Origin: Eledone cirrhosa
Lineage: Eukaryota
Assembly: GCA_964016885.1 (NCBI GenBank)
Contig: OZ024741.1
Location: 267,468,001 to 267,532,000 of the forward strand
DNA length: 64,000 nucleotides
Reading direction: 5' to 3'
The translations under genes were made by a program, and so were the position numbers. Each line of letters begins with the position of its first letter. The first letter of the stretch is position 1. Below are positions 31,043-43,588 of the stretch, in pieces. The notes beneath the pieces are model-generated. The model was not told the DNA's origin. It did no database searches and worked only from the letters and a program-made list of their open reading frames with translations.

Positions 31043-31781
31043 TTAGGTTGCTTGTTCCGAAAATAATGGCCGCTCTAAGTGTTGTGTTTTGAAACGCAAT
31101 TTTGTCATAGTATTTTATTATATTTTAGGTGAATTTCGATATACTTAATAATTGATGTATGCTCTTTAATAATTTTCTACTTATTTCTTGAAGCATAGGC
31201 GCCCATAATTATGAACATGACAAAAAAGAACCTTTGCTTACTTTTCTTACATAAGTTCAAGCTTGGACACAATGCCTCCCAAACAGCTGCCAATATCAAC
31301 AGAGCATGGGAGAGGGGTCCACAAGTGATCGCACAGTACGAAGGTGGTTTCAGAAATTCCGTAGTGGTGATGAGAGCCTTAAAGATAAAGAAGGTAGAGG
31401 ATGGTAATGCAGTCTTGACAATAAACAATTGAAAGCAATTGTTGTACAAAATCCACGTCAAAGTGTCAGAGAAATGTCTCAGGCACTTGTGTTGGTATTG
31501 CAATGGTCTCACGCCATCTGCAGAAGATTGGTAAAGTGAAAAAGCTCAATAAATGGGTACCGCATGAGCTCAATGAAAATCAAAAAGTTTGGCATTTTGA
31601 AGTGTGCTCGATGCTGTTTCTGTGAAACACTAATGATCTTTTCTTGACCGAATAGTCAATAGGCAGAGATACATAGATAGATGTTCACTACTCATACTTT
31701 GACTAACCAAAAGATTTCTGTTAATTTTTCCAGAATAAAATTATGTTTCTGAAATCGGCCATTATTTTCAGAACAACCTAA
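31043..31781 (+). mobile_element. Internally deleted mariner transposon
   Basis: TIRs TTAGGTTG..AAAATAATGGCCG / CGGCCATTATTTT..CAACCTAA, flanked by TA. Transposase remnant FKLGHNASQTAANIN and KWVPHELNE. Confidence 0.9.
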
Positions 31782-31899
31782 TAGTAACACAACAATTAGT
31801 TCACCATACCGAGAACAATTGTTTCACCTTATGCGGATCCTCAGCTTCTGACCTGAAGATCCGCATAAGGTATATATATATCATCATCTTCATGATATA

Positions 31900-33070
31900 T
31901 ATATATCATCATCATCATTACTGTTTTACGTTCGTTCTTCCATGCTAGCATGGGTTAGATGGGTTGTCCTGTTGTGAGCAGTGTCCGGTCGGCTGACCAT
32001 GTCTTGCTCATACAGGAACTGATTCTGGCTTGATTTCTACAGCTGGATACCCTTCCTAACACCAACCTCATTTACAGTGAGTGCTGGGTGCTTTTTTCCC
32101 GTGGTGCCTACACGTCCACTTTACAGTGTGGGCTGAGTGCATTTTTGCCGTGGCACCTCCACAACCACTTTGCAGTGGGAGGGGTGGAAGCATATTGTCT
32201 ATATGCTTCAGCTTCGGCTTGTACCTGTGGGAAGTCGTGTCTTCTGTATTACTGCGTGACGCCAGACCTTTGAGAGGTGCAATTGGGTAAAGTTGGCTTT
32301 TATCACCTCATCCCAGGTCTTCTTGGGTCTCCCCACTCCACGGCTTCCATCGACTTCTAATGCTCTGCACCTTTTTATGAAACTGTCATCCTTCATACGC
32401 ATCACATGTCCATACCAACGCAACCTCCTCTCCTGCACACACCATTTGATTCCTCTTATGCTCAGTCTCTCTCTCAAATCGTTTGTGTTTTGCCGTTTGC
32501 GTATATTACTATTACACATCCATCGGAACATGCAGGCTTCGTTTCTTTCTAATCTACGCAAGTCTTCTACAGACAACACCCAGGTCTCACTACCATGTAA
32601 CATTGCTGTTCGTATACACGCATCATACAGTCTGCTTTTCATTTTGAGGGAAAAGCCTTTTGGAGCTAGCAGTGGCAGTAGCTCCCTGAACTTCTTCCAT
32701 CCCGTTCTTACCCTAGTTATTGTACTTTCTGAACACCCACCTCCGGCATCCGGTCTTAAACTCCTCCGTTATTGCCTGCAAAACTATAATGAACAGGGGA
32801 TGGCTAAGAACAGAGCCCTGGTGGATACCGACCTGTATGCTAAATTCCTCGCTATTGTCATTGCTAATCCTAACTTTGCTGACTGCGCCCCTATACATGG
32901 CTTGTACAGCTTTCACAAGCCATTCATCTACTCCTAGTTTTCTAAGAGCCCACCAGATTATAGCGCGGGGGACTCTGTCAAAGGCTTTCTCCAGATCGAC
33001 GAATACCAGGTAGAGTGGCTTACTTTTAGCTAGGTACTTTTCCTGTAACTACCTCACAAGGAAGAGGGCA
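31900..33070 (-). pseudogene. Truncated, internally deleted RTE copy (diverged family C)
   Basis: DLEKAFD, GIHQGSVLS, RLRWYGHVMR. The YADD/PHD segment is deleted at about 32745. Confidence 0.85.
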
Positions 33071-33077
33071 TATATAT

Positions 33078-34798
33078 ATAGAGGCATTAAATTAATCGAC
33101 CAGGTCATGAAGGTCACAGAAAAAGTAATAGCGCAACTAATCAGAGAACGAATTGATCTAGATGAAATGCAGTTCGGGTTTGTGTCAAGTAAAAGTACCA
33201 CAGACGCTCTTTTCATTGTACGACAACTACAGGATAAAGAACTAAAAGTAAACCCCTATACTTAGCTTTTGTTGACTTGGAGAAAGCCTTTGACAGAGTC
33301 CCCCGCTCCATTATCTGGTGGGCTCTTAGAAAACTAGGTGTTGATGAATGGCTTGTGAGAGCTATACAAGCCATGTATAAAGAAACAGTCAGCAAGGTTA
33401 GAATTAACAACGAATATAGTGAAGAGTTTAGCGTAAAAGTTGGTGTTCATTGGGCTCCGTTCTTAGCCCCCTACTATTTATTATTGCCCTTCAGGCTATA
33501 ACAGAGGAGTTCAAGACCGGCTGCCCATGGGAACTCCTATATGCAGATGATCTAACGCTCATAGCTGAATCAATGGCTGAACTAGAGAAGAAATTCCAAA
33601 CATGGAAGCATGGCCTAGAATCAAAAGGCCTTAAAGTTAACTTGTCTAAGACTAAAGTTCTAGTTTGTAGGAAGGAAAATAGGGCACTGGTCCCATCTGG
33701 GAAATGGCCATGCTCAGTGTGTAGGAAAGGAGTAGGCAGAAACTCCATTTTATGTCCCAAATGCAAAGTATGGGTGCATAAAAGATGTAGTGGGATCACA
33801 GGTAAGCTAACTAAGAATATAGATTTTATATGTGGCCGGTGCTCTGTTGCAATAAGTAGCAGCAAGTGCCCACAAAATACTAGCTCATCCCATTGCACAG
33901 ATGGTTCTATAGAAATAGTGGACACCTTCCGTTACCTGGGTGACAAAATCAGCAGTGGGGGAGGGTGCTCTGAACTTATACCACTATTGGCCGCTAAAGG
34001 GTTCTCTCTAAAAATGAAAGGCAGGCTGTATGATGCCTGCATACGAACAGCAATGTTACAAGGCAGTGAGACCTGGGCATTGTGTGCAGAGGATATACGC
34101 AGACTGGTGAGGAACGAAGCTTGCATGCTACGCTGGATGTGTAATAGTAATATATGTGAACGGCAAAGCATAAACAAACTAAGGGAGAAATTAGGAATAA
34201 GAGGGATCAGATGTTGGTACGGTCACGTGATGCGCATGAAAGACGACAGCTGTATAAAATAGTGCAGGGTGATAAAAATAGACGGTAGCCACGGAGTAGG
34301 CAGACCCAGAAAAACCTGGGACGACTTGATAAATTCCAACCTCACACACTTACACCTCCCCAAGACAATGTCACTGGACCGAGATCTTTGGCATTACACA
34401 GTCATACAGAAGACCCGCCTTGCCTAAGTACAAAGCGAAACCTACAGTCAGTAGGCACCTCTAACAAAAATACACCCCATCCACACCACCCCCTTAAATG
34501 TGAAGTTATGTTGGTACCACAACATTCAGTCCAAAACAAATGAGGTCGTGTAGGTGTCACGACAAAAAAAAAAAACAGTCCACGTTGTAATGTGGCCGTG
34601 TAGGTAACACGGTAACAACCTCCCAATCCACACTGTAAACGTGGTTGGTGTTAGGAAGGGTATCCAGCTGTAGAAAACCCGCCAGACAGTCCTATACGAG
34701 CAAGACAACCACTGTTGCCTCAAGTGGGAAAACTCCCGTCCAAACCCATGCAAGCGTGGAAGATGGACGTTAAACGATGATGATGATGATGATGATGA
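33078..34798 (+). pseudogene. 5'-truncated RTE family A copy with small deletions
   Basis: Runs from YRGIKLIDQ to the 3'UTR and (GAT)n; TA flanks. Confidence 0.92.
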
Positions 34799-35414
34799 TA
34801 TATATATATATATATTTGAAAAGAATACCTAACTGTACCAAGGATCTCACACATTTTCTAATATATATATATAAATAATTGTTTCTACTTTAGGCACAAG
34901 GCCAGCAATAACCCAGTGCATTACTGCTACTTTATTTTATCGACCCCGTAAGGATGAAAGGCAAAGTAAACCTCGGCGGGATATATATAATGATAATATA
35001 TATATGTATGTGTATATGTGCCTTTGTTTTATATTTGTGTTTTTATACCATACTATGATTATATTGTTTAATCACCTGTGAAAGTGATGAGAACCAATAT
35101 AATCTACTAAATCCCAGTTTGAAGCAATGCCCCAGCATGGCCACAGTCTCACAACTGAAACCAGTAAAAGAATAAAAGAATATATGTCTATATCGTAAGA
35201 GATTTCTGTATATTTTGTTTGTTTTAGCAAGGTTAGGTTTGTGGTGTGTAATGGTGAGAATATTGAGTGTGATATAGAGGGGAATACCTGAGAAACAACA
35301 ACACATAAAAGTAATACAAAACAAATAAAATAAAATAAATAGTTAGAAATTAGAAAGAAAAACAAACAAACAAATGGAAACATCAATGTAGGGTATTTTG
35401 TGTTGTTTTGATGT

Positions 35415-35505
35415 CTACCACCAGTGCTGCCACCACCACCACTACTACTACTAACACTACCACCACACCATCACCACCACCACTACTACTACTACCACCA
35501 CCACC

Positions 35506-35540
<35 letters not shown>

Positions 35541-35568
35541 CACCACTACTACTACCACCACCACCACC

Positions 35569-35599
<31 letters not shown>

Positions 35600-35712
35600 T
35601 TACCACCACCACTACTACCACCACCACCACCACCACCACCACCACCACCACTACTACTACTACTACTATTACTACTACCACCACCACCACCACCACCACC
35701 ACCACCACCACC

Positions 35713-35750
<38 letters not shown>

Positions 35751-35815
35751 AACCACCACTGCTACTACTACGATTACTACTACTACTACCACCACCACCA
35801 TTACTATCATTAGTA
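35415..35815. repeat. Compound (CAC)n/(TAC)n microsatellite
   Basis: Direct inspection. Confidence 0.95.
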
Positions 35816-36213
35816 ACATTGTTATTGTTGTTGTGTAACTCTGGCCAGTCTGCAGTCATATGATGGCTGAATTGTTAAGAAGTCTACTCCACACACTTAA
35901 AGTTCTAGGTTTCATCCCACCATTGAGTGTGTCATTTACCATAGCATCGGGTCAACCCATACTTTGGTAGACAGAAACTGTTTGGAAGCCCATCAGATGG
36001 ATTACACCTGTAATGCCAAGGACCAAACTTGTCACATACTGTATCATGCTGAATCTTCCTGTGAATTATGTTAAAAGTACACATGTCTGTAGAATAGTCA
36101 ACCATCTACATGGTAATTTCATGAACAGGCTGTTCTGTTGATCGGAAAACTGTAACACTTGTTGCCGATAGAAATAACAGAAGTAATTTTACCATATACT
36201 TATTATTCCACAG

Positions 36214-36341
36214 AGTATTTACAGGAAAATCTGTACCTGAAGCACCGGAATGAACTGTCTTTGCAGTTGGATTGTCACTTGAATGAAATATCACGCTTGA
36301 AAGAAGAATTGCAAAAAATGGCACAGATAGATAAACAGAAG
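36214..36341 (+). CDS. FAM184A: FAM184-like coiled-coil protein, internal exon (alternative acceptor would start at 36225)
   Basis: ttccacag|..ENLYLKHRNELSLQLDCHLNEISRLKEELQKMAQIDKQK|gttag. The phase-0 donor fits the next exon. Confidence 0.6.
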
Positions 36342-36459
36342 GTTAGCAGAAGTACTTTAACCCTTTTATACCAAACAACCCCAAACACTCCCTGCTTCTA
36401 AGATACAATGTTGTTTATTTTAAGCTGTTTATATTTATCTAAATATTCTCCATCATAAT

Positions 36460-36775
36460 TTTATAATATAATGAAAATTATTGTGTACAGTGCTCAGGTG
36501 CATTACAACTCATCAAAGGTGCATGTATAGTACATAGAATAATGTACAAATGTCAGGAAAGTGAACAGTGTTTGAGTCATAATATACACACAGATACATG
36601 CATACATGTGTATGGAGGGGGGGATATCAGGTGTAGTGTTGGCGTATTTCGGGAAGCATGGAAGTTTTAAAGGATGCAGTGTCCCAACAGCTAACAACCG
36701 ATGCAGGTAGTTTGTTCCATGCTTCAGCAACTTTGAGCATGAAAAGGTGTTTCCGAAAGTCATGGGAGCTGTACT
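36460..36775 (-). pseudogene. CR1-type LINE 3' fragment
   Basis: FRKHLFMLKVAEAWNKLPASVVSCWDTASFK*-type C-terminus. Confidence 0.65.
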
Positions 36776-37194
36776 GTTAAAACCTTTGTTGATTTATGTT
36801 CCATCAATTCAATTATTATATTCTTAAATACTTCCAATTTCATGGTTATTTTCAAAATTATTAGAAAATTATAGGCAAAGTCTTTCATTAGGAATATGGT
36901 AATGAAAGGATTAATTTGGGCTGGCTAAATTTCAAAGTGATAAACTTGCTGAGTTATTAGAGTATTAGATTAAATATCTCTGTGTTTGTTCTGGTGGCCT
37001 CTGTGTTCTAAGTTCAAATCTCACTATGGTCAACTTTACCTTTCATCCACTTGGCATGGATAACTAAAGTACCAATTTAGATGCTTTGTGGTTTCAGTTC
37101 TGACTCTGCTTTCTCAGTTATAATCCCAACCCCCGTTACTGGAAAAGCAGTAACACTTCTTCCCAAAGTTTAGACTGGTAGACAGGTAGTATAC

Positions 37195-37420
37195 CCTTTC
37201 CTCGGCAGGCTTCTTATGGGAAGTAATTGGCCTGAATGACCTCAGAATGTACAGCCCTTGCCAGCAGGCTGGCCTCTTATGGGAAGTAATTGGCCTGAAT
37301 GACCTCAGAATGTACAGCCCTTGCCAGCAGGCTGGCCTCTTATGGGAAGCAGTTGGCCTAAAAGACTGCCAGATAGAATATCCCTTTTCTAAAAGGTTGG
37401 CTTCTCATAGGAGGTAGTTG
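37195..37420. repeat. About 63-bp tandem repeat, 3-4 copies
   Basis: GCCCTTGCCAGCAGGCTGGCCTCTTATGGGAAG.. at 37254 and 37317, with degenerate flanking units. Confidence 0.8.
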
Positions 37421-38131
37421 GACTAAAAAAAGCTATCATGAACATTCTCAAACACCAATTGAAATATGTTCATTTGGTAAGTGAAAATAATGATTAGAAA
37501 AAAAATTAATTTGAGTTGGTGTTACCATTCCACTAACTAAGCAGCTGCCTTGAAAACTGACCTCTGAGGTGAAAAGGTGAAAATGATTTTAAAATTATAG
37601 GCTGTGTCCTTTATTAGACAGCTTGCCAATCAAAGGATTGGGAAGACCTTGCAGTTGTGTCAAGGAAATGACAACCTCCCTTGTGTTGGTGATGTATATG
37701 ATAAATGCATGCAAAGTGGTTGGTGATAAGAAGGGCATCCTGCTATAGAAAGCTTGTCAAACAAAGGCTTAGGGTTAGAAGGACCCTTCAATTTGTGTCA
37801 AAAGGCATGACTTCTCTGCAATTGATAGAATGTATCACATTATGTAAGCAGGATGCCTACCCCTCAGCCTGTCTGGGAGGTCAGGAGCCCCACTTTAGTA
37901 CTGACTTGGTCTATGTAGACCCGCTTAACCCTTGCTAGCAGGGAAAGCAAATGTTAAATGATGATGATGATTGTAACAAAAGGATTAACTTTGGGTATAA
38001 CTTGGAGTGAGGGACTGTGTTTCATTGAAATGACTTAGTTTTAATTCAGAAGAAGTAGACTTTTCCTATGATATGCAATTTCCCACTACAATTTCCAGTG
38101 TATAAACTTTCTGTTATTTTCTATTATGTAG

Positions 38132-38316
38132 GAACGCGATTACCAGGCACATTTTTCAGAGCTGAAAAAACAGATTAACTGCCATGAGAAGCAAGTGTTT
38201 GCTATGGAAGAGGAAAACAAAAAGTTTAAGGAGACCATTTCAGAACTGAAGTTTAGCTTGGAGGAAGAGAAGAAGAAACAAGAGCATATGAGGGACAGTT
38301 TCAGTGAAGAAAAGTC
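38132..38316 (+). CDS. FAM184A: FAM184-like internal exon
   Basis: tatgtag|ERDYQAHFSELKKQ...DSFSEEK-TC|gtatgt; phase 0 to phase 2. Confidence 0.8.
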
Positions 38317-38510
38317 GTATGTTTCAACAGTTCATTTTTCTTATTGAGTGTTTCATGGTTGTCGAATGAGTTGACCTTGGTTTAACTGTTGTCGATTGCT
38401 TACCATTGTCATTATCATCATCATCATCATCATCATATTATATCACTTTCCTGTAAGAGTTATCATGGTCAGAAATTAAACAGATTGAAGAGACCTCATA
38501 CGTTCCATAT

Positions 38511-38619
38511 ATAGCATGGTTTTTATGGTGAGATAACCTTCCTAACATAGCATAGTTTTTATGGTGAGATAACCTTCCTAACATAGCATAGTTTTTATGG
38601 TGAGATAACCTTCCTAACA
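38511..38619. repeat. 36-bp tandem repeat x3
   Basis: ATAGCATAGTTTTTATGGTGAGATAACCTTCCTAAC. Confidence 0.9.
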
Positions 38620-38664
38620 TTGATTTTAGAGAGTGTACCTGGATCATAATACCAGTCCTTCAAC

Positions 38665-39635
38665 AGTACATCTGTACTGGGTGCATTTTATTATGGCACC
38701 ATCTCTACCACTTTCAGACTGCACTGGGTCATTTTATTGTGGTGCCATTACTACCACTTTACAAACTGCACTGGGTCATTTTATTGTTGTGCCATTGCTA
38801 CCACTTTACAGACTGCACTGGGTCATTTTATTGTGGTGCCATTGCTACCACTTTACAGACTGCACTGGGTCATTTTATTGTGGTGCCATTGCTACCACTT
38901 TACAGACTGCACTGGGTCATTTTATTGTGGTGCCATTGCTACCACTTTCAGACTGCACTGGGTCATTTTATTGTGGTGCCATTGCTACCACTTTACAGAC
39001 TGCACTGGGTCATTTTATTGTGGTGCCATTGCTACCACTTTACCGACTGCACTGGGTCATTTTATTGTTGTGCCATTGCTACCACTTTTCAGACTACACT
39101 GGGTCATTTTATTGTGGTGCCATTGCTACCACTTTACAGACTGCACTGGGTTATTTTATTGTGGTGCCATTGCTCCCACTTTACAGACTGCACTGGGTCA
39201 TTTTATTGTGGTGCCATTGCTACCACTTTATAGACTGCACTGGGTCATTTTATTGTGGTGCCATTGCTACCACTTTACAGACTGCACCGGGTCATTTTAT
39301 TGTGGTGCCATTGCTACCACTTTACAGACTGCACTGGGTCATTTTATTGTGGTGCCATTGCTACCACTTTACAGACTGCACCGGGTCATTTTATTGTGGT
39401 GCCATTGCTACCACTTTACAGACTGCACTGGGTCATTTTATTGTGGTGCCATTGCTACCACTTTACAGACTGCACTGGGTCATTTTATTGTGGTGCCATT
39501 GCTACCACTTTACAGACTGCACTGGGTTATTTTATTGTGGTGCCATTGCTACCACTTTACAGACTGCACTGGGTTATTTCATGGCATCAGCCTACAAAAT
39601 TATAGAATGTACTGGGTGAATTTTATCATGGCACC
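38665..39635. repeat. 47-bp minisatellite, about 19 copies
   Basis: TTTACAGACTGCACTGGGTCATTTTATTGTGGTGCCATTGCTACCAC, head-to-tail with no spacers. Confidence 0.95.
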
Positions 39636-39639
39636 ATCT

Positions 39640-39865
39640 TGCAAAATTGGGATATTTAATGGATGGGGATGTTGTGTGTGACTGCTGCATCGAGCCACAG
39701 ACTAGGCAGCACCTCCTGATATGTCCACTGCTGGACCATCCCTGCACAGCCTTGGACTTGGCAGAGTTTAATGAGAAAGGAAAACAATGTGTTGAGATGT
39801 GGCGGAACAACATCTAGCCAAAGCTTTGTAACTGGCACTCTTGTTGACACGATAAGAAAAAGATC
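39640..39865 (+). pseudogene. Vingi/Ingi-type LINE 3' fragment
   Basis: VCDCCIEPQTRQHLLICPLLDHPCTALDLAEF..W..* (CCHC knuckle), followed by a short 3'UTR ending GACACGATAAGAAAAGA. Confidence 0.55.
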
Positions 39866-41929
39866 ATGGCACCAGCACTTCAGAGAGAGCCATATCCTTG
39901 ACACAACTGAAAAGGCTTCCCAACCCTTTGTTTAGCATGTTTATATCAAGAAATATTTACATGTTTTACTGTTGTACCCCTTTTATTTTAATAAATTGTT
40001 CCATGGATCTCCCCCTGCTTCAAAAACTCCCCTCTCAAATTGTTATACAGTGAAAATAACAACCAAAGGAGAGAGAAGATTATACATAGAGAAGAATGGA
40101 TACACAATGGTGTGTGTATATTTTGTTTATAACAAAGTACTTGGAGTTTTGAATTTAATACTATTTTTCTAGACCTCCAAGAGTTCCCAGACCTCAGGTT
40201 AGGAACTGCTATGTAACACAGTGATATACAATCTCTTTCAGATGGGGGCCTGCAAATTTTACAAGGAAAACTTCACGGAACACCAAATATGAATTTACTT
40301 TCAATTGCATTATGCAAAACAGTAGGCCATAAATATTTTAAATAAATTATGTATTGTATAAGACACATGTAAATTTACTTTCAATTGATTTAAATTTTAG
40401 AATGTTTTAAGTAAATATAATAGACAATAAGCACCCAGTCCACACTGTAAAGTCGTTATGTAGGTGTCATGATAAAAATCATCCAGCACACACTGTAAAT
40501 GTGGTTGATGTTAAGAAGGGCATCCAGCTGTAGAAACCAAGCCCAAATCAGTTCTGTGTGAGCAAAACACAGTCCCCCGACCTGGTTGTCTCACAACATG
40601 ACAGCTTGTCTAAACCATGCTAACATAGAAAATGGACGTTAAATGATGATGATAATGATTAGTGATCTATGAAACTTGTTGAGGTCTGTATGGACCACTT
40701 TATGTATCTCTAGTATCATTTGTGTAATGTTGAATGTAGTTGTTTAGCCTAATGTCAGTTCTTATCCAGTGGATCTGTGATCTATAATTATTCCATCTTT
40801 CTCTCAGGTAGTGTGCAATGAGGACTACATTATCTAATATGTCTATCCTTTATTAAGACTGTAGGTGTCATTCAAAGGAAATCTGGCTTCTATTTTTAGT
40901 AGCTTGCACGGCCATATAAAGGCTCTCTGGTTGACTTGTCACTACTTTGATATGATGAATATGTATAATGTATGAATTCTCTAAGAGTGCAACATATCCT
41001 GTTGTTCCAATACGAATTGGTAAAAAAAAAACTTCTAGTATATTTTATTGGATTTGTAAACTCTTCATCAAAACTCAGTGAAAGCATGTGGCCTCATGAT
41101 TAGGGTATTGAATTTACAATCATAAGGTTGTGGGTTCAATTTCTGGACTCAGTAGTGTGTTGTGTTCTTGAGCAAAATGGCTCATTTCACATTGCCTTTC
41201 ATAAATTGGACACACAAAAACCTGTGAGATATGATTTTGTAGGAGGCCAGATAAACCTGCATGGGTGTCAGTTGTAAATTTGATTTTTTTTTTCATCAAA
41301 TGTCTGTAGATGTCTTCTTTCTCTTGTATTTTGTTTTACTATATTGGTGTTAAGTGGGTAGTTGACTTTCACAACACAGCTTGGTTTTATTTTGTGATGC
41401 TAAACAACAATAACAATATCGCATTGGTTTGATTTTGATTTTTAGGTTATACCAATGTTCTTTTGATCTCAATGGGTTCGTCCTTATTGATTGTTGTTAA
41501 CTTTATTTAATTTATTAGACATGTACAAATCGAGACAACTTAGGGTAGAGAGGATCCTTTGGTCCTGTCATGGACTTGACATCCTTTCCAGTGTTTGGTA
41601 CCATGATACAGTACACTCTGTAAAGTGGTAGAGTTGATGCCATGATAAAATGCACCCATTAAACTCTGTAAAGTGTTTGATATTAGTAAGGACATCCAGC
41701 CATAGAAAGCATGTGGAATACAAGAGTTAAGAAGTAGCTCCCAAACCAGTTAAGTCATAGAACTTAATAACCCATCCAACCTATGCCAGCATGGAAAACA
41801 GATTTAAAAGGATGATGATTGTGATGACAATGATAAAAAATGGAGAGAATGATGTATTTTATCACTGGTATGTTTTTTCTCTCTTGCTTTTTTTTCTTTT
41901 TTTTAAAGAATTTTTCCTAATTTTTTTAG

Positions 41930-42076
41930 ACAATTAAAAGAACATTTTGAAGTAATAAAGAAACAAGAATTAGAAAACATTGAAGCTGATTATGTCTATG
42001 AAATGCAGCAAATGGTAGTAGAATTTAATCGGACCCAAGAACTGCTGGCTAATAAAATAAAGACCATACACACTGA
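41930..42076 (+). CDS. FAM184A: FAM184-like internal exon
   Basis: Polypyrimidine tract and ttag|A-QLKEHFE...MVVEFNRTQELLANKIKTIHT-GA|gtaagt; phase 2 to phase 2. Confidence 0.85.
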
Positions 42077-42964
42077 GTAAGTATAGTTAAGTTGTTTTAA
42101 TGTTATTCTAAGGCACCTGGCTTAGTAGTTAGGGTGTTCAGTTCACTGTTGCATATTGTATCCTTGAGCAAGACATTTAACTTCATGTTACTCCAGTCCA
42201 CTTATCAGGAAAAAAACAATTAGTTGCATCTGTAATTCAAATGGCCAGCCTTGACACATGTTGTGTCACACGAAATCTCCCTAAGAATTGTGCGAAGAGG
42301 GCATGTGTGTCAGTGGAATACTCAGCCATTAATATCATGAGCAGCCTGTTCCATTCATCAAACAACTGGAAACTCGTCATCAAAACCAATAGGGGTCTAA
42401 CACACATTCTCTAAAGCAGTGATTCCTATAGTGAGCCCTATCACTATCACCCTGCAGGGTGTTGGGAGACTCATGAGGGCCACTGGAAAGCAACTGGATA
42501 ATAGGAGGTCACTGGATGACAAAGAATGATGGAGGAAAGGAGCAAAGGATACAAATTAGTTGTTGCTTGTAAAACTGCCATCTTTAATTATTATAAATGA
42601 CTGAACAAAATAATAAGAATATATTACAATTTAATATTCCATGTATAATGTTTTTATTAACTTTACAGGGAGAGTCCCTACCCCCTGAAAGAAATTGGGG
42701 AAATTCTATATTAAAGTATGTAAAAGAGAGATATGGACATGTGGTTTAAAATGTTTGCTTTGTAATCATGTGGTTTCTGGTTTAAATCCACTGTCCAACA
42801 ATTTCTGTGCAAGTGTGTTGTTCTACCACAGCTTCAGCTCAGCCCAAACATATTTTTTAATTCATCTATATAAATTCAGTTTATATAATACATGTTTAGG
42901 CATAACAGAAGTTTAGTGTTCCCTTCCCTGCCAACTTAGTTTCCTTGTAGCTTTGTTAAAAATG

Positions 42965-43260
42965 GTTTCCAATTTAGGCACAAGGCCAGCAATTTTGGGG
43001 GTGAGGAAAGTCGATTAAATCGACCCCAGTACATGACTGGTACTTTATTTTATCGACCCCATAATGATGAAAGGCAAAGCTAACCTTGGTGAGATTTGGA
43101 TTCAGAATATAAAGGGTCGTAACTCAATGCCACAAAGCAGGGTGTACAACACTCTACTGATACTGCCCCCCCCCCTTTATTGGATGAAAAGCAAAATTGA
43201 CCTCGATGGGATTTGAATTCAGAGAGTAGAGTGTTGGAATGAATACTGCAAATCATTCTA
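42965..43260 (-). mobile_element. SINE with a partially duplicated body
   Basis: GGCACAAGGCCAGCAAT..ATCGACCCCAGTAC..GAAAGGCAAAG; same family as 23943. Confidence 0.7.
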
Positions 43261-43588
43261 TCTGACATTCTAATGACTCTGCCAATTCACAGCTTTGTTA
43301 ACAATGAATATTGTTTAAAGGAAATTGTGCAGAGTTAGATTTTTCATGATGTAGATTATTATTAAGTTGATGCAATTAGAAAATATATATTTTCACAATT
43401 CCTAGTTGAAGGAATGACATTATATTCCTGTATAAAATCTATGACATTATCCTGATTGTTATTATTTATTATCAATATGTAATTGGACGATATGGTCATC
43501 AAATTTCCCACTTCATATTTAGTCTACAACAAACACAAATAGAAAGTATTTAGTAATTGGTAACATTAACGAACAGAAATATAAACTA

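Noticed and set aside
35383-35863. Gly/Ser-, Pro/Leu-, His/Tyr- and poly-Val ORFs
   Set aside because: Trinucleotide microsatellite open in several frames, with no splice or homology support.
38665-39635. CRISPR-like array, or 300-aa ORFs in three frames
   Set aside because: Units are head-to-tail with no unique spacers, there are no cas genes, and the context is eukaryotic. The ORFs arise from a stop-free 47-bp repeat.
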